Source: a bacterium
Lineage (GTDB): Bacteria > Patescibacteriota > Minisyncoccia > 2-02-FULL-40-12 > IGHO2-12-FULL-4
Direction of reading: 5' to 3'
Length of the DNA: 43,721 nt
NCBI GenBank assembly: GCA_030695705.1
Contig: JAUYPS010000048.1
Coordinates: 1-43,721, forward strand
In this document: positions 1-8,089 of the stretch, piece by piece
Position numbering within the stretch: the first letter of the stretch is position 1
How the letters are laid out: every line of letters starts with the position of its first letter
Translations under genes and position numbers: made by a program
Notes under the pieces: generated by a model
The model's input: the letters and a program-made list of their open reading frames with translations, nothing else
Databases searched by the model: none
Told to the model about the DNA's origin: nothing

Positions 1-1
1 A

Positions 2-2320
2 TTCCACGGCCAGGCCTCTTTGTATTCCTGGTTCGATGTTCTTAATGCCGGTCCCAATCCTTCGCTGAGATTCGACCCGTTCGATGACGATGTGGCCGAG
101 TACTTCCAAAACTCCAGAGACGGATACCGCTTCTTAAACCCGGGTTATACGCTGGGCGGGCCGGTTATCAAAGACAGAATCTGGTTTTTCTCAAGCTATT
201 TTTACCAGGGATCGAGAACAGACCGGTCGGTAAAGTTTTTGGCAGACGGGAAAACCAGGGATTTTGTCAGCCGGCAAAGGCAGGATTTCGCTTTGAACAA
301 AGTTGATTTCGCCCCTTTCGGCAACCTCAAAGGTTCTTTCAGCTACTACTATAAACCGTTAAAGACAATGGGCCTTCTTCCCAGCCAGCAAGGCACTGAT
401 TCTCCCAACTCCCCCTTCTCTCAGAAAGGCTATCGTCGGCCAGCCTCTTCCTATCAATGGCAGCTGGACTATATCGTCAGCAATAAGCTTCTGCTCGGCG
501 GTTTCGGCGGGTATCACTACAGCAACTTCAAAGATTACGGCACTCCCCGGGGAACTTATTATGCTTTTGCCAACTCCAACCTGAATGTCAATCTTCCCAT
601 TCCGGATAGTTTCCGGTATTCCGCCGGAAACATTACCGACAACAACATTCAAACGGTTCAGGATATTTACTCCCGGCACAACGCTAATTTGGTCGCTTCC
701 TATTTTACGGAAGGACTAGGTTTTCTTCCCGGCCAGCATAACATCAAAGCCGGTTACGACCTGAACCGGCTACATAATTCGCCGGTGGCCGACACTTGGC
801 CGGACGGATTTATCATCATGGTTTGGGACCGCGAGCGGCGTAAAATTACCGGACCAGGAAGTTCTCGAGGAGAATTGGGCTACTATGTGAACAGAGTTTT
901 CGGTACGGCCGGCCATGTGGCCAGTTCTAATCAGGGCTTATTTCTGCAGGATAGCTGGCAGGTAAAGTGGGGGTTCGCCTCCAGGCTCACTCTCAATGTG
1001 GGTCTGCGGACGGAAAAGGAGTTCGTCCCCTCTTTCCGGAACGACAGCGGCATTGCTTCCAAAGCCATTCAATTTGATTTTGCTGATAAAATTGCTCCGC
1101 GCCTGGGATTGGCCTTTGATCCGACCGGAAAGGGCGATACCACCATCCGTTTCAGTTATGGCGTTTATCACGATGTCATGAAATACGAACTTCCGCGAGG
1201 AAGTTTCGGCGGAGATAAGTGGAAAGATTACGTTTATAAGCTGGAAGATCCCAACTTCTTCAATATCAGACCCAGGCCGGCGCCCAACAGCCAGGCCGGA
1301 AATTTCCCGGGAGACTTGATTGAAGTGGTAGATTGGCGGATTCCTTCCAATGATCCGGAAAATAATCTGGTTGATCCGAACCTAAAGCCGGTGCGGCTAC
1401 ATGCTTTTGATTTCGACATGGAACGGACTTATCGGAGCAGCTGGATTTACGGTTTGCGTCTGGTCCGAAAGGTTTTGGACCGAACTGTCGAAGATGTGGG
1501 AACCCTTACCGACCACGGCGAACTTTACCGCATTACCAATCCGGGCTTTGGCGCTTCGCTTGACCCGCACAACTTCCCTTCTGATTTTCCGGAGCGGGTG
1601 ACTCCTCGCGCCAAAAGGAATTACAACGCGATGGAATTGAAGCTGGAGCGGCGGGAACAAGAGTATCTTGTTTCGGCCAGCTATACTTTCAGCCGTTTGG
1701 ATGGCAATTACGGCGGGCTGGCTTCATCGGACGAAAACGGCCGGACCAGTCCCAATGTCAATCGGTATTTCGACCTCCCTTGGATGAATTACGACTCTAA
1801 CGGAAAGCTGGTTTACGGAAGACTGGCTACGGACAGGCCTCATTTGTTCAAGTTTTTCGGCTCTTACGGGTTAAAGTCAAGATTCGGCACGACCCAGATC
1901 AGCCCGGTTTTATTCCTGATGAGCGGAACCCCGCTGTCGACGGAAGCGCAGATTATCTCTTCCACGCCGGTCTTTGTGAACGGAAGAGGCGACATGGGTC
2001 GTACTCCGGTCTTCTCCAATACCGACCTGAAAATTTCCCAGGACTTTAAAGTAAGTTCTGCCAGAGACAATCTGAAAATCAGGCTGGAAGCGGTAGTGGG
2101 TAATTTATTTAACCAGCGGACCGTCACCAATAAAGTATCCAACTATCTCCATCCTAACGACGGCCAGATCCAGTTCGACAACATGGCCGATGCGTTTAAA
2201 GGATACGACTACGAGGCCTTGCGCCTGGAACAGGAGTTAAGAACCGATCCGCGTTACGGAATGGCCAGCGGTTTCCAAAGTCCGCGGTCAATCAGGATTG
2301 GATTGCATTTTATTTTTTGA
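2..2320 (+). CDS. TonB-dependent receptor-like outer-membrane beta-barrel (Oar/Acidobacteria type), 5'-truncated by the window edge
   Basis: Frame is open from base 2. Motifs PGYTLGGPVIKDRIWFF, LFLQDSWQV, LTLNVGLR, IAPRLGLAFD; C-terminal beta-signal ending in Phe (PRSIRIGLHFIF). Confidence 0.85.
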   Translation, partial: FHGQASLYSWFDVLNAGPNPSLRFDPFDDDVAEYFQNSRDGYRFLNPGYTLGGPVIKDRIWFFSSYFYQGSRTDRSVKFLADGKTRDFVSRQRQDFALNKVDFAPFGNLKGSFSYYYKPLKTMGLLPSQQGTDSPNSPFSQKGYRRPASSYQWQLDYIVSNKLLLGGFGGYHYSNFKDYGTPRGTYYAFANSNLNVNLPIPDSFRYSAGNITDNNIQTVQDIYSRHNANLVASYFTEGLGFLPGQHNIKAGYDLNRLHNSPVADTWPDGFIIMVWDRERRKITGPGSSRGELGYYVNRVFGTAGHVASSNQGLFLQDSWQVKWGFASRLTLNVGLRTEKEFVPSFRNDSGIASKAIQFDFADKIAPRLGLAFDPTGKGDTTIRFSYGVYHDVMKYELPRGSFGGDKWKDYVYKLEDPNFFNIRPRPAPNSQAGNFPGDLIEVVDWRIPSNDPENNLVDPNLKPVRLHAFDFDMERTYRSSWIYGLRLVRKVLDRTVEDVGTLTDHGELYRITNPGFGASLDPHNFPSDFPERVTPRAKRNYNAMELKLERREQEYLVSASYTFSRLDGNYGGLASSDENGRTSPNVNRYFDLPWMNYDSNGKLVYGRLATDRPHLFKFFGSYGLKSRFGTTQISPVLFLMSGTPLSTEAQIISSTPVFVNGRGDMGRTPVFSNTDLKISQDFKVSSARDNLKIRLEAVVGNLFNQRTVTNKVSNYLHPNDGQIQFDNMADAFKGYDYEALRLEQELRTDPRYGMASGFQSPRSIRIGLHFIF

Positions 2321-2331
2321 AAGTTACAGCC

Positions 2332-2364
2332 CCCCTTTCGGCCTCAAAGCCGGAAGGGGTTTTT
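2332..2364 (+). terminator. Rho-independent terminator
   Basis: CCCCTTTCGGC/GCCGGAAGGGG stem followed by a T-run just after the stop codon. Confidence 0.8.
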
Positions 2365-2431
2365 ATTTACAGGAGATTTCTTTTATCGTACTCTTAGTTA
2401 AACAAAAGAGAACTTTAATAAAGAGGTAATA

Positions 2432-3511
2432 GTGTTAAAATTTGTATTGGTTATTTTTTTTATGGCAGTTTCTCTGGGAAATATTTTTGCCCAAGTTCCA
2501 GGTCGTGGCGGTTCTTCTTATCTTTGGTACTACCGGGAATGGAAGGGACTTAATGGGTTTAGCGATTGTTATGGCGTCATCAAAAATTTTCATCTGGCGC
2601 ACGCCCAAGCTTATATCAAGGATAATCTGCAATATATGTATAATCAAGGCGGCCAAAGGAGACTGAATGTTATGATTTTTCATGCGCGAGACGCCAGATT
2701 AGTAGCGGCAGGATGTCCGTCAGTAAGCAACATTCCGGGAAACGGAACAATAATGAAGTATTATATAGGAAGCGATCTGGTTATTGGTACAGCCGACGAC
2801 GTGCTGGAGTTGCAATATTTGGAAAATTTATATAATTATGTTGACTATGCGGCTAGTCTCGGTTTTAAGGAGTTCATGGTAATGATGTCTCCGCAGTCAG
2901 CCAATTGGCCCGGATTCTGGTCAAATTTTGATCAATTTATGGCGGCTGGATTGTATGCGGAAAATCGACATATTCTCCAACTGGTGTATCAAACAATGCA
3001 AAATACCGGCCGCCCATTCAAGATTGTTTTGGCTGACGAGCCTCTTCAAAGCCCGCACAATGGTCAATATTATGACAGTGTTTATAGTTATGTGGCGCGT
3101 ATGTGGTCAGATTATTTTGAAGATGGAGGAAATCTGGCCGTTACCGGAGGGATTACCATGGCGGATGCCACCGGTTCCGATATAGAAAATCAAGTTAATG
3201 CTTTTCTTGATATATGCGACTCCGCCGGGTACGGCCGACCCTTATTTTATGTGCTGAATATTTTCGGCGATGAACAAAGAGGTTTTACCAACTTTCACCA
3301 GGCGCTGATCGCTCGCGGGTCGTTCGCGGAGCCGGTGATAATCGGGTCAACTTTCTATAATGATTCCGAAACTGCTTATAATTTAAGAAGCGTTTCCAAC
3401 AAGACTGGCAGAGTTATTGAGTTTGTATTGCAATGGCCGAAAATGAGAGCCAACGGTTTGGATAACATCTATGTTTCGGAGTTTTTCAACTATGCTATTT
3501 ATGGTTTTTGA
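2432..3511 (+). CDS. Secreted hypothetical protein, possibly a glycoside-hydrolase-like TIM barrel
   Basis: GTG start after GAGG RBS; signal peptide; LADEP and VIIGSTFYND segments resemble the clan GH-A catalytic strands. Confidence 0.6.
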   Translation: MLKFVLVIFFMAVSLGNIFAQVPGRGGSSYLWYYREWKGLNGFSDCYGVIKNFHLAHAQAYIKDNLQYMYNQGGQRRLNVMIFHARDARLVAAGCPSVSNIPGNGTIMKYYIGSDLVIGTADDVLELQYLENLYNYVDYAASLGFKEFMVMMSPQSANWPGFWSNFDQFMAAGLYAENRHILQLVYQTMQNTGRPFKIVLADEPLQSPHNGQYYDSVYSYVARMWSDYFEDGGNLAVTGGITMADATGSDIENQVNAFLDICDSAGYGRPLFYVLNIFGDEQRGFTNFHQALIARGSFAEPVIIGSTFYNDSETAYNLRSVSNKTGRVIEFVLQWPKMRANGLDNIYVSEFFNYAIYGF

Positions 3512-3578
3512 TTAACATTCCCTTACTCGGATTTGAGTGAGGGATTTACTTTTTTAGCCGGGAGAATAGAATAAAAAC

Positions 3579-4139
3579 ATGAACATCAACGAAAAAATCG
3601 TGGATTTTGAAGTAGATGCCTATTACCAAGATGAGATTAAAAAGATTAAGTCGGCCGATTATCGCGGCCAATGGCTGATTTTGTTTTTCTATCCGGCGGA
3701 TTTTACTTTTGTCTGCCCTACCGAGCTTGAAGAACTGGCCGACCACTACGAAGAGTTTAAAAAAATGGGAGTGGAAGTCATGAGTGTCAGCACCGACACG
3801 GTTTATGTTCACAAAGCTTGGCATGATCAGTCCGAAACCATCAAAAAAATCCAATTTCCCATGCTGGCTGATCCTACCGGTAATTTGGCCAGGCAATTCG
3901 GCGTTTACATCGAAAAAGAGGGCTTGGCTTTGCGTGGAACATTCATTATCGACCCTGATGGGATTCTGAAGGCCTGCGAAGTGCATGACAATAGCATCGG
4001 CCGGAGCGTCAAAGAGTTAATCCGGAAAATTAAAGCCGCCCAATTCGTGGCCAAACACGGCGATCAGGTCTGCCCGGCCAGCTGGGAAGAAGGAGAAGAG
4101 ACTTTGAAGCCAGGATTGGATTTGGTGGGGAAGATTTGA
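3579..4139 (+). CDS. ahpC: 2-Cys peroxiredoxin (alkyl hydroperoxide reductase C)
   Basis: FFYPADFTFVCPTE and VCPASW motifs. Confidence 0.96.
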   Translation: MNINEKIVDFEVDAYYQDEIKKIKSADYRGQWLILFFYPADFTFVCPTELEELADHYEEFKKMGVEVMSVSTDTVYVHKAWHDQSETIKKIQFPMLADPTGNLARQFGVYIEKEGLALRGTFIIDPDGILKACEVHDNSIGRSVKELIRKIKAAQFVAKHGDQVCPASWEEGEETLKPGLDLVGKI

Positions 4140-4184
4140 TAAAATTAAAACAGGTTAAAAACCTGGTGGATCGAAAAAGAGTCA

Positions 4185-4215
4185 AACAAAAAACCGCGTC
4201 TCGCGGTTTTTTGTT
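4185..4215. terminator. Bidirectional terminator between ahpC and a minus-strand non-coding unit
   Basis: AACAAAAAACCGCG-TCT-CGCGGTTTTTTGTT perfect stem. Confidence 0.85.
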
Positions 4216-4289
4216 GTGGACCCGACGAGATTTGCACTCGTTTCTCTGCATGACAATGACAGAATTTTACTACATAAAACTACGGGCCC
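4214..4289 (-). ncRNA. Degenerate tRNA-like cloverleaf (pseudo-tRNA)
   Basis: Minus strand: acceptor GGGCCCG/CGGGTCC-A-CAA; D-like arm GTTTTA/TAAAAT; anticodon-like arm TCTGT/GCAGA with a 9-nt loop; T-arm ACGAG-TGCAAAT-CTCGT. Lacks the D-loop GG, TTC and CCA. Confidence 0.7.
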
Positions 4290-4404
4290 GGGTCCACGAC
4301 GGAAGTTTATCAAAAAGAAAAAGGACCCACAAATGAATGTAGATCCTTTATTCTGTCATGCAGATAAGCTCGTAGTTAAACATAGCTATTCCGTCATTAT
4401 CATA

Positions 4405-4432
4405 AGTATATCAAAATCAAAATTAATGTCAA
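4405..4432 (-). promoter_or_regulatory. Sigma70-type promoter for the tRNA-like unit
   Basis: Minus strand TTGACA-16 bp-TATACT with extended TGn. Confidence 0.7.
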
Positions 4433-4521
4433 ATGAAACCCAAAAATGGGATAAAAGGGCCGTTTTTAGTTGACTCTAGAGCAATTTTGACAAAGACCCT
4501 ACTACTCTTTTGAACCCACTT

Positions 4522-4734
4522 AGATATTAGCGAAGTGCCTATGCCTACTTCTTTTCAAATATGAGCTCGCCGGAATAAATAAGCGAAGATTTCTGAAATC
4601 AAGCCGGTTACAGAAAATTGGGTCGGATTCTTAGACGGGGTACCAATTTTTGTCGGCTTGATGAAGAAATCGAGTATTATTTATCGGCGAGTGATTCTTG
4701 AAAAGAGGGCGGCATAGACACGAAGCGACTATCT
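4522..4734. repeat. Long foldback element, family D copy 1
   Basis: Imperfect ~210 bp hairpin; a 51-bp core (4614-4664) is identical to 27125-27175. Confidence 0.85.
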
Positions 4735-5643
4735 TTTCTTATGAAACTTCTGATGCACTTCTTTAAGTCCCCTGTCGGTGACATGAGTGTAGATTTGAGT
4801 AGTGGTAATCGAGGAGTGGCCGAGAATGGCCTGAACGGAGCGGATATCGGCGCCATTTTGCAGTAAATCAGTAGCTAGTCCATGGCGCAAAGTATGCGGC
4901 GAAACATTTTTACCAACGATGCCGGCTCTGATGGCATGCTTCTTAACGATCCGCTGAATACTGCGGGAAGTCAGCCGCAGGTTTTCGTATTTGGCAAAGT
5001 TCTCTTTGGGGGGAATGCGGATAAAAAGAGCTGGATCGGCATCGGTTCGCTTTTTTAAATACCCGTCTAAAGACGTTTTGGCGCCGTCAGAAAAGAAAAC
5101 CAGCCGAATCTTCGAGCCTTTTCCTCTGACCGGCACCTCTCCCCTGCCAAGATCTATTTTATCTCGATCCAAAGAGCAAAGCTCCGCCACTCGCAAGCCG
5201 GTGCTGAAAAGAGTTTCTAAAATGGCTTTGTCGCGGAGATTAGTTAAGTCAGAACCTCCCGGGGAATTTAAAAGCCGTTCCAGTTCATTTGTTTCCAGAA
5301 AATCGATCTGCCGTTCTTCCTGTTTGCCCAGTTCCACCTTTTCGGCCGAAACAGTTTTGATTTCTCTTTTGGCCAGATATTTTAAAAAAGCTCGTAGGGC
5401 GATGATGTGGTAATTTTGGGTAATCTTCTTAAGCGGCTTGCCGTGAGCGTTAGTCGAACGGTTGAGGTGTAGGCGAAACTTTCTAATTACTTCTTCGGTA
5501 ATTTGTTGGGGCTGGGAGACTTGGGCAAAATCAAAAAATCGCTTGAGGTAATGATGATAGTTTTCCGTCGTTTTCGGCGAACGGTTTTTCTCTATCTCTA
5601 AATACTCGAGAAACTGAGTTTTTAACTGTTTAAGATCGGCCAT
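4729..5643 (-). CDS. Tyrosine recombinase, XerC/XerD family
   Basis: N-terminal SAM-like domain; catalytic TGLRVAEL, VRGKG, PHTLRH, LGH, TTQIYTH. Confidence 0.93.
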   Translation of the reverse strand: MADLKQLKTQFLEYLEIEKNRSPKTTENYHHYLKRFFDFAQVSQPQQITEEVIRKFRLHLNRSTNAHGKPLKKITQNYHIIALRAFLKYLAKREIKTVSAEKVELGKQEERQIDFLETNELERLLNSPGGSDLTNLRDKAILETLFSTGLRVAELCSLDRDKIDLGRGEVPVRGKGSKIRLVFFSDGAKTSLDGYLKKRTDADPALFIRIPPKENFAKYENLRLTSRSIQRIVKKHAIRAGIVGKNVSPHTLRHGLATDLLQNGADIRSVQAILGHSSITTTQIYTHVTDRGLKEVHQKFHKKR

Positions 5644-5647
5644 TTAT

Positions 5648-5893
5648 TTACAATTTATATGTTTTTTCGTTTCGATATCCAATGTCAATAATACGAATTA
5701 TTTTTTTATTTTTATCTTTGATAAAAATAATTCTGATTTTGCCCTTACGAAGCCGAAAAACATCCCCATGCCCTTGTAGCTTTTTAATATCTAAACCATG
5801 CCAGTTTAGAGTTAAAATTTTCTCAATTAACGCTATAAGAATAGCCCTTTGGTCTATACTGAATTTCGACAGTAGTTTGCTAAGAGTTGGCAT
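5648..5893 (-). CDS. RelE/ParE-family toxin
   Basis: DIKKLQG..FRLRKGKIRIIF..IIDIGYR; lies downstream of a Phd-like gene. Confidence 0.8.
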   Translation of the reverse strand: MPTLSKLLSKFSIDQRAILIALIEKILTLNWHGLDIKKLQGHGDVFRLRKGKIRIIFIKDKNKKIIRIIDIGYRNEKTYKL

Positions 5894-5896
5894 AAG

Positions 5897-6163
5897 GGGG
5901 TGTAGTATCCGAACAGAATCAATTTAGCGGAGCGAATTAGGGCAAGATTCACGGCGCGAGAAGCGATGTGTACTTGACGGAACATGAGCGACGAGCAACG
6001 AAGAAGCTTGCCCTAATTCGCTCCGCCCGAAGGGAAGTTAAAAAATGGCTGATTTCTTTGTTGCTCCTCCTCGAAGTACTTAAAGTACTCCTTCATAGTC
6101 GCGCCGCGAAATCATCTCATTTTTTAGCTTCTAATCTTGATTCATGTTCGGTTACTACACCCC
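5897..6163. mobile_element. 267-bp MITE-like element with TIRs and a 4-bp TSD
   Basis: Ends GGGGTGTAGTATCCGAACAGAATCAA / TTGATTCATGTTCGGTTACTACACCCC, flanked by TAAG at 5893-5896 and 6164-6167; no credible ORF. Confidence 0.8.
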
Positions 6164-6402
6164 TAAGCATTTAATTTACGAAGAGCCTTTAAGATTTTTC
6201 TGGCATCTACGCCATTTTTATTGATTTTGGTGAAGTCAATTACTGTTTCCCACAGTTCTTCGTCGTCTTCATTAACAGAGGATATTTTAAAAACCGGTTT
6301 AGATTTTTTGACGACAATAAAAGATTCGCCTTTTTTGACGCGTGAGGCGTATTTTTGTATGTTTTCTCTTAATTCTTTTAATCCCAAAATTTGTGTTTTC
6401 AT
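6163..6402 (-). CDS. Phd/YefM-family antitoxin
   Basis: ILGLKELRENIQKYASRVKKGESFIVVKKSKPVFKI. Confidence 0.85.
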   Translation of the reverse strand: MKTQILGLKELRENIQKYASRVKKGESFIVVKKSKPVFKISSVNEDDEELWETVIDFTKINKNGVDARKILKALRKLNA

Positions 6403-6408
6403 AAATCA

Positions 6409-6437
6409 AGTTTATCTTAAGGTTAACTTAAAGTCAA
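6409..6437 (-). promoter_or_regulatory. TA operon promoter with an overlapping palindromic operator
   Basis: Minus strand TTGACT-17 bp-TAAACT, 6 nt before the ATG; near-palindrome centred on GTTAAC in the spacer. Confidence 0.6.
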
Positions 6438-6516
6438 ATTCTTGGCAAAAACTAGGCAGTGTGCTATAAAAAGACAGTTTATTTACATATTACATAAAAA
6501 AGAGGATGGATTTAAT

Positions 6517-6990
6517 ATGAAAGGATTGTATGATCACTTACAGAATATTGAAAATCTTGCCAAACTAGCCGAGGAAAAAATAGAAGGACTGGAAGAAACT
6601 GTCATCAAAAGCCAAAAAGAATTAAAAATTTGGCAAGGTCTGCTGAATTTTTCTCAGACCTGCCGAAGATTGGCCAATGAAGAAGCCACGGAAACCAAAA
6701 AAGATCAGTTGCGTTACAAATGGATCAAAGTAGCTATTCGAGGTGCCGGAGTATGGTCTTCGGAGGCGGGCAATGTGAATCTGAAGGCCTGGGAAAAGTA
6801 TCAAGGTTTCCCGAATGGTTTGGAAAACTTACGTCCCTATGCAGACGGCGACCGCAGTGCTAACCACATGGCGCACCGGCCCAAGAAAGACGAGTTTGAT
6901 TCCAATACTACCGATTTTGACACCTTGATCGACTGTCAGCTGGCCGTGGAAAAAGCTCATGATGATTGGAAGAAGAAAAATAAAAAATAA
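6517..6990 (+). CDS. Hypothetical protein with N-terminal coiled coil
   Basis: ATG 6517 after a GAGG RBS; terminator-like hairpin at about 7000-7021. Confidence 0.7.
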   Translation: MKGLYDHLQNIENLAKLAEEKIEGLEETVIKSQKELKIWQGLLNFSQTCRRLANEEATETKKDQLRYKWIKVAIRGAGVWSSEAGNVNLKAWEKYQGFPNGLENLRPYADGDRSANHMAHRPKKDEFDSNTTDFDTLIDCQLAVEKAHDDWKKKNKK

Positions 6991-7078
6991 GTTAATTGCA
7001 CCGCTCAAAAAGCGGTTTTATTTTGCCAAAATAAAACTGTTGCTTTAACTAAAAAACCGTGTTATCATGAAACACATC

Positions 7079-7115
7079 AAGGTTTGATCTTTTTGCAGAT
7101 CCAAAGTCGAACCTT
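7079..7115 (+). promoter_or_regulatory. Hairpin in the rpsO leader (candidate S15 autoregulatory element)
   Basis: AAGGTTTGA/TCGAACCTT stem directly upstream of rpsO; S15 leaders are known in many bacteria. Confidence 0.4.
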
Positions 7116-7128
7116 TATCGAATTGACT

Positions 7129-7395
7129 ATGATCAACGCTCAACAAAAGACAAAAATAATTCAAAAGTTCTCCAATCACAATAAAGACACCGGCTCCGCC
7201 GAGGTGCAGATTGCTTTATTCAGCGAAGAAATAGAACGACTGGCCAAGCATCTCAAGAAGCACGCCAAGGACAACAGTTCTCGCATCGGTCTGCTCAAAA
7301 TGGTAGCCAAAAGAAGGCGTCTTTTGGAGTATCTCAAGAAACAAAACGTCAAAAAGTATAGCAAAGTGATTAAAGGATTGGAACTCAAGAAATAG
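7129..7395 (+). CDS. rpsO: 30S ribosomal protein S15
   Basis: DTGSAEVQIA, HAKDNSSRIGLLKMVAKRRRLLEYL. Confidence 0.97.
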   Translation: MINAQQKTKIIQKFSNHNKDTGSAEVQIALFSEEIERLAKHLKKHAKDNSSRIGLLKMVAKRRRLLEYLKKQNVKKYSKVIKGLELKK

Positions 7396-7409
7396 AGTGA
7401 TAACGACGT

Positions 7410-7946
7410 ATGACAACCAAGAATAACCATAATAAAAAATCCAAGGATATGAGCGCCCAAAATCAGCGAGTGGGTGTTTTTGTTGATGCCCAAAATATGT
7501 ATCATTCGGCCAAGAATCTTTATCACGCCAGAGCTAATTTTAAGAAGATTTTAGAAGCATCAGTTGGAGAAAGGCAGTTGATTCGCGCTTTTGCTTATGT
7601 TATTAAAACGGAAAGTGGCGAAGAAAAGGCCTTTTTTGAGGCCTTGGAAAAGAGTGGCTATGAAATCAAAGAAAAGGATTTGCAGATTTTTCCGGGAGGA
7701 ATGAAAAAAGCGGACTGGGATGTGGGCATGGCCATTGATGCCATAATTTTGGCAGACAAGATTGATGTGGCTGTTTTGGTTACCGGAGATGGCGATTTTG
7801 TTCCTTTAGTCGAGTATTTGAAGGTAAACAAAGGATTAAAAGTAGAGGTGTTTTCTTTTGAGAGAAGCACTTCGGCCCGGCTGAAAGAATCAGTAGATGT
7901 GTTTTCGGACTTGGGCTCGGATCATAAGAAATTTTTGATTTACTAA
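7410..7946 (+). CDS. NYN-domain (LabA/DUF88, PIN-like) protein; start may be 7449
   Basis: VFVDAQNMY, KADWDVGMAID, LVTGDGDFVPLV. Confidence 0.92.
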   Translation: MTTKNNHNKKSKDMSAQNQRVGVFVDAQNMYHSAKNLYHARANFKKILEASVGERQLIRAFAYVIKTESGEEKAFFEALEKSGYEIKEKDLQIFPGGMKKADWDVGMAIDAIILADKIDVAVLVTGDGDFVPLVEYLKVNKGLKVEVFSFERSTSARLKESVDVFSDLGSDHKKFLIY

Positions 7947-7957
7947 AGTAATTAAAA

Positions 7958-8078
7958 AATAAATAAGTAGTGATGAAGAGGAATTGCGAAGGGTAAATGA
8001 TGGGGCATACGCCAAAGGGTTCAATTTTTGAACTTTTTGGCCTGAATCCCTAAATTACTCCCCTCTCTATTTATTTAT
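7958..8078. repeat. Long imperfect hairpin upstream of pnp
   Basis: GCCAAAGGGTTCAA/TTGAACTTTTTGGC inner stem; AAATAAATA/TATTTATTT outer arm. Confidence 0.6.
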
Positions 8079-8089
8079 CCATTGTTTAG

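Noticed and set aside
4214..4289. Functional tRNA-Asp(GTC)
   Set aside because: 9-nt anticodon loop, no D-loop GG, TGCAAAT T-loop and CAA end; kept only as tRNA-like.
4729..6402. Prophage or integrative element around the tyrosine recombinase
   Set aside because: The protein looks like a housekeeping XerC/D; no att repeats or phage genes found.
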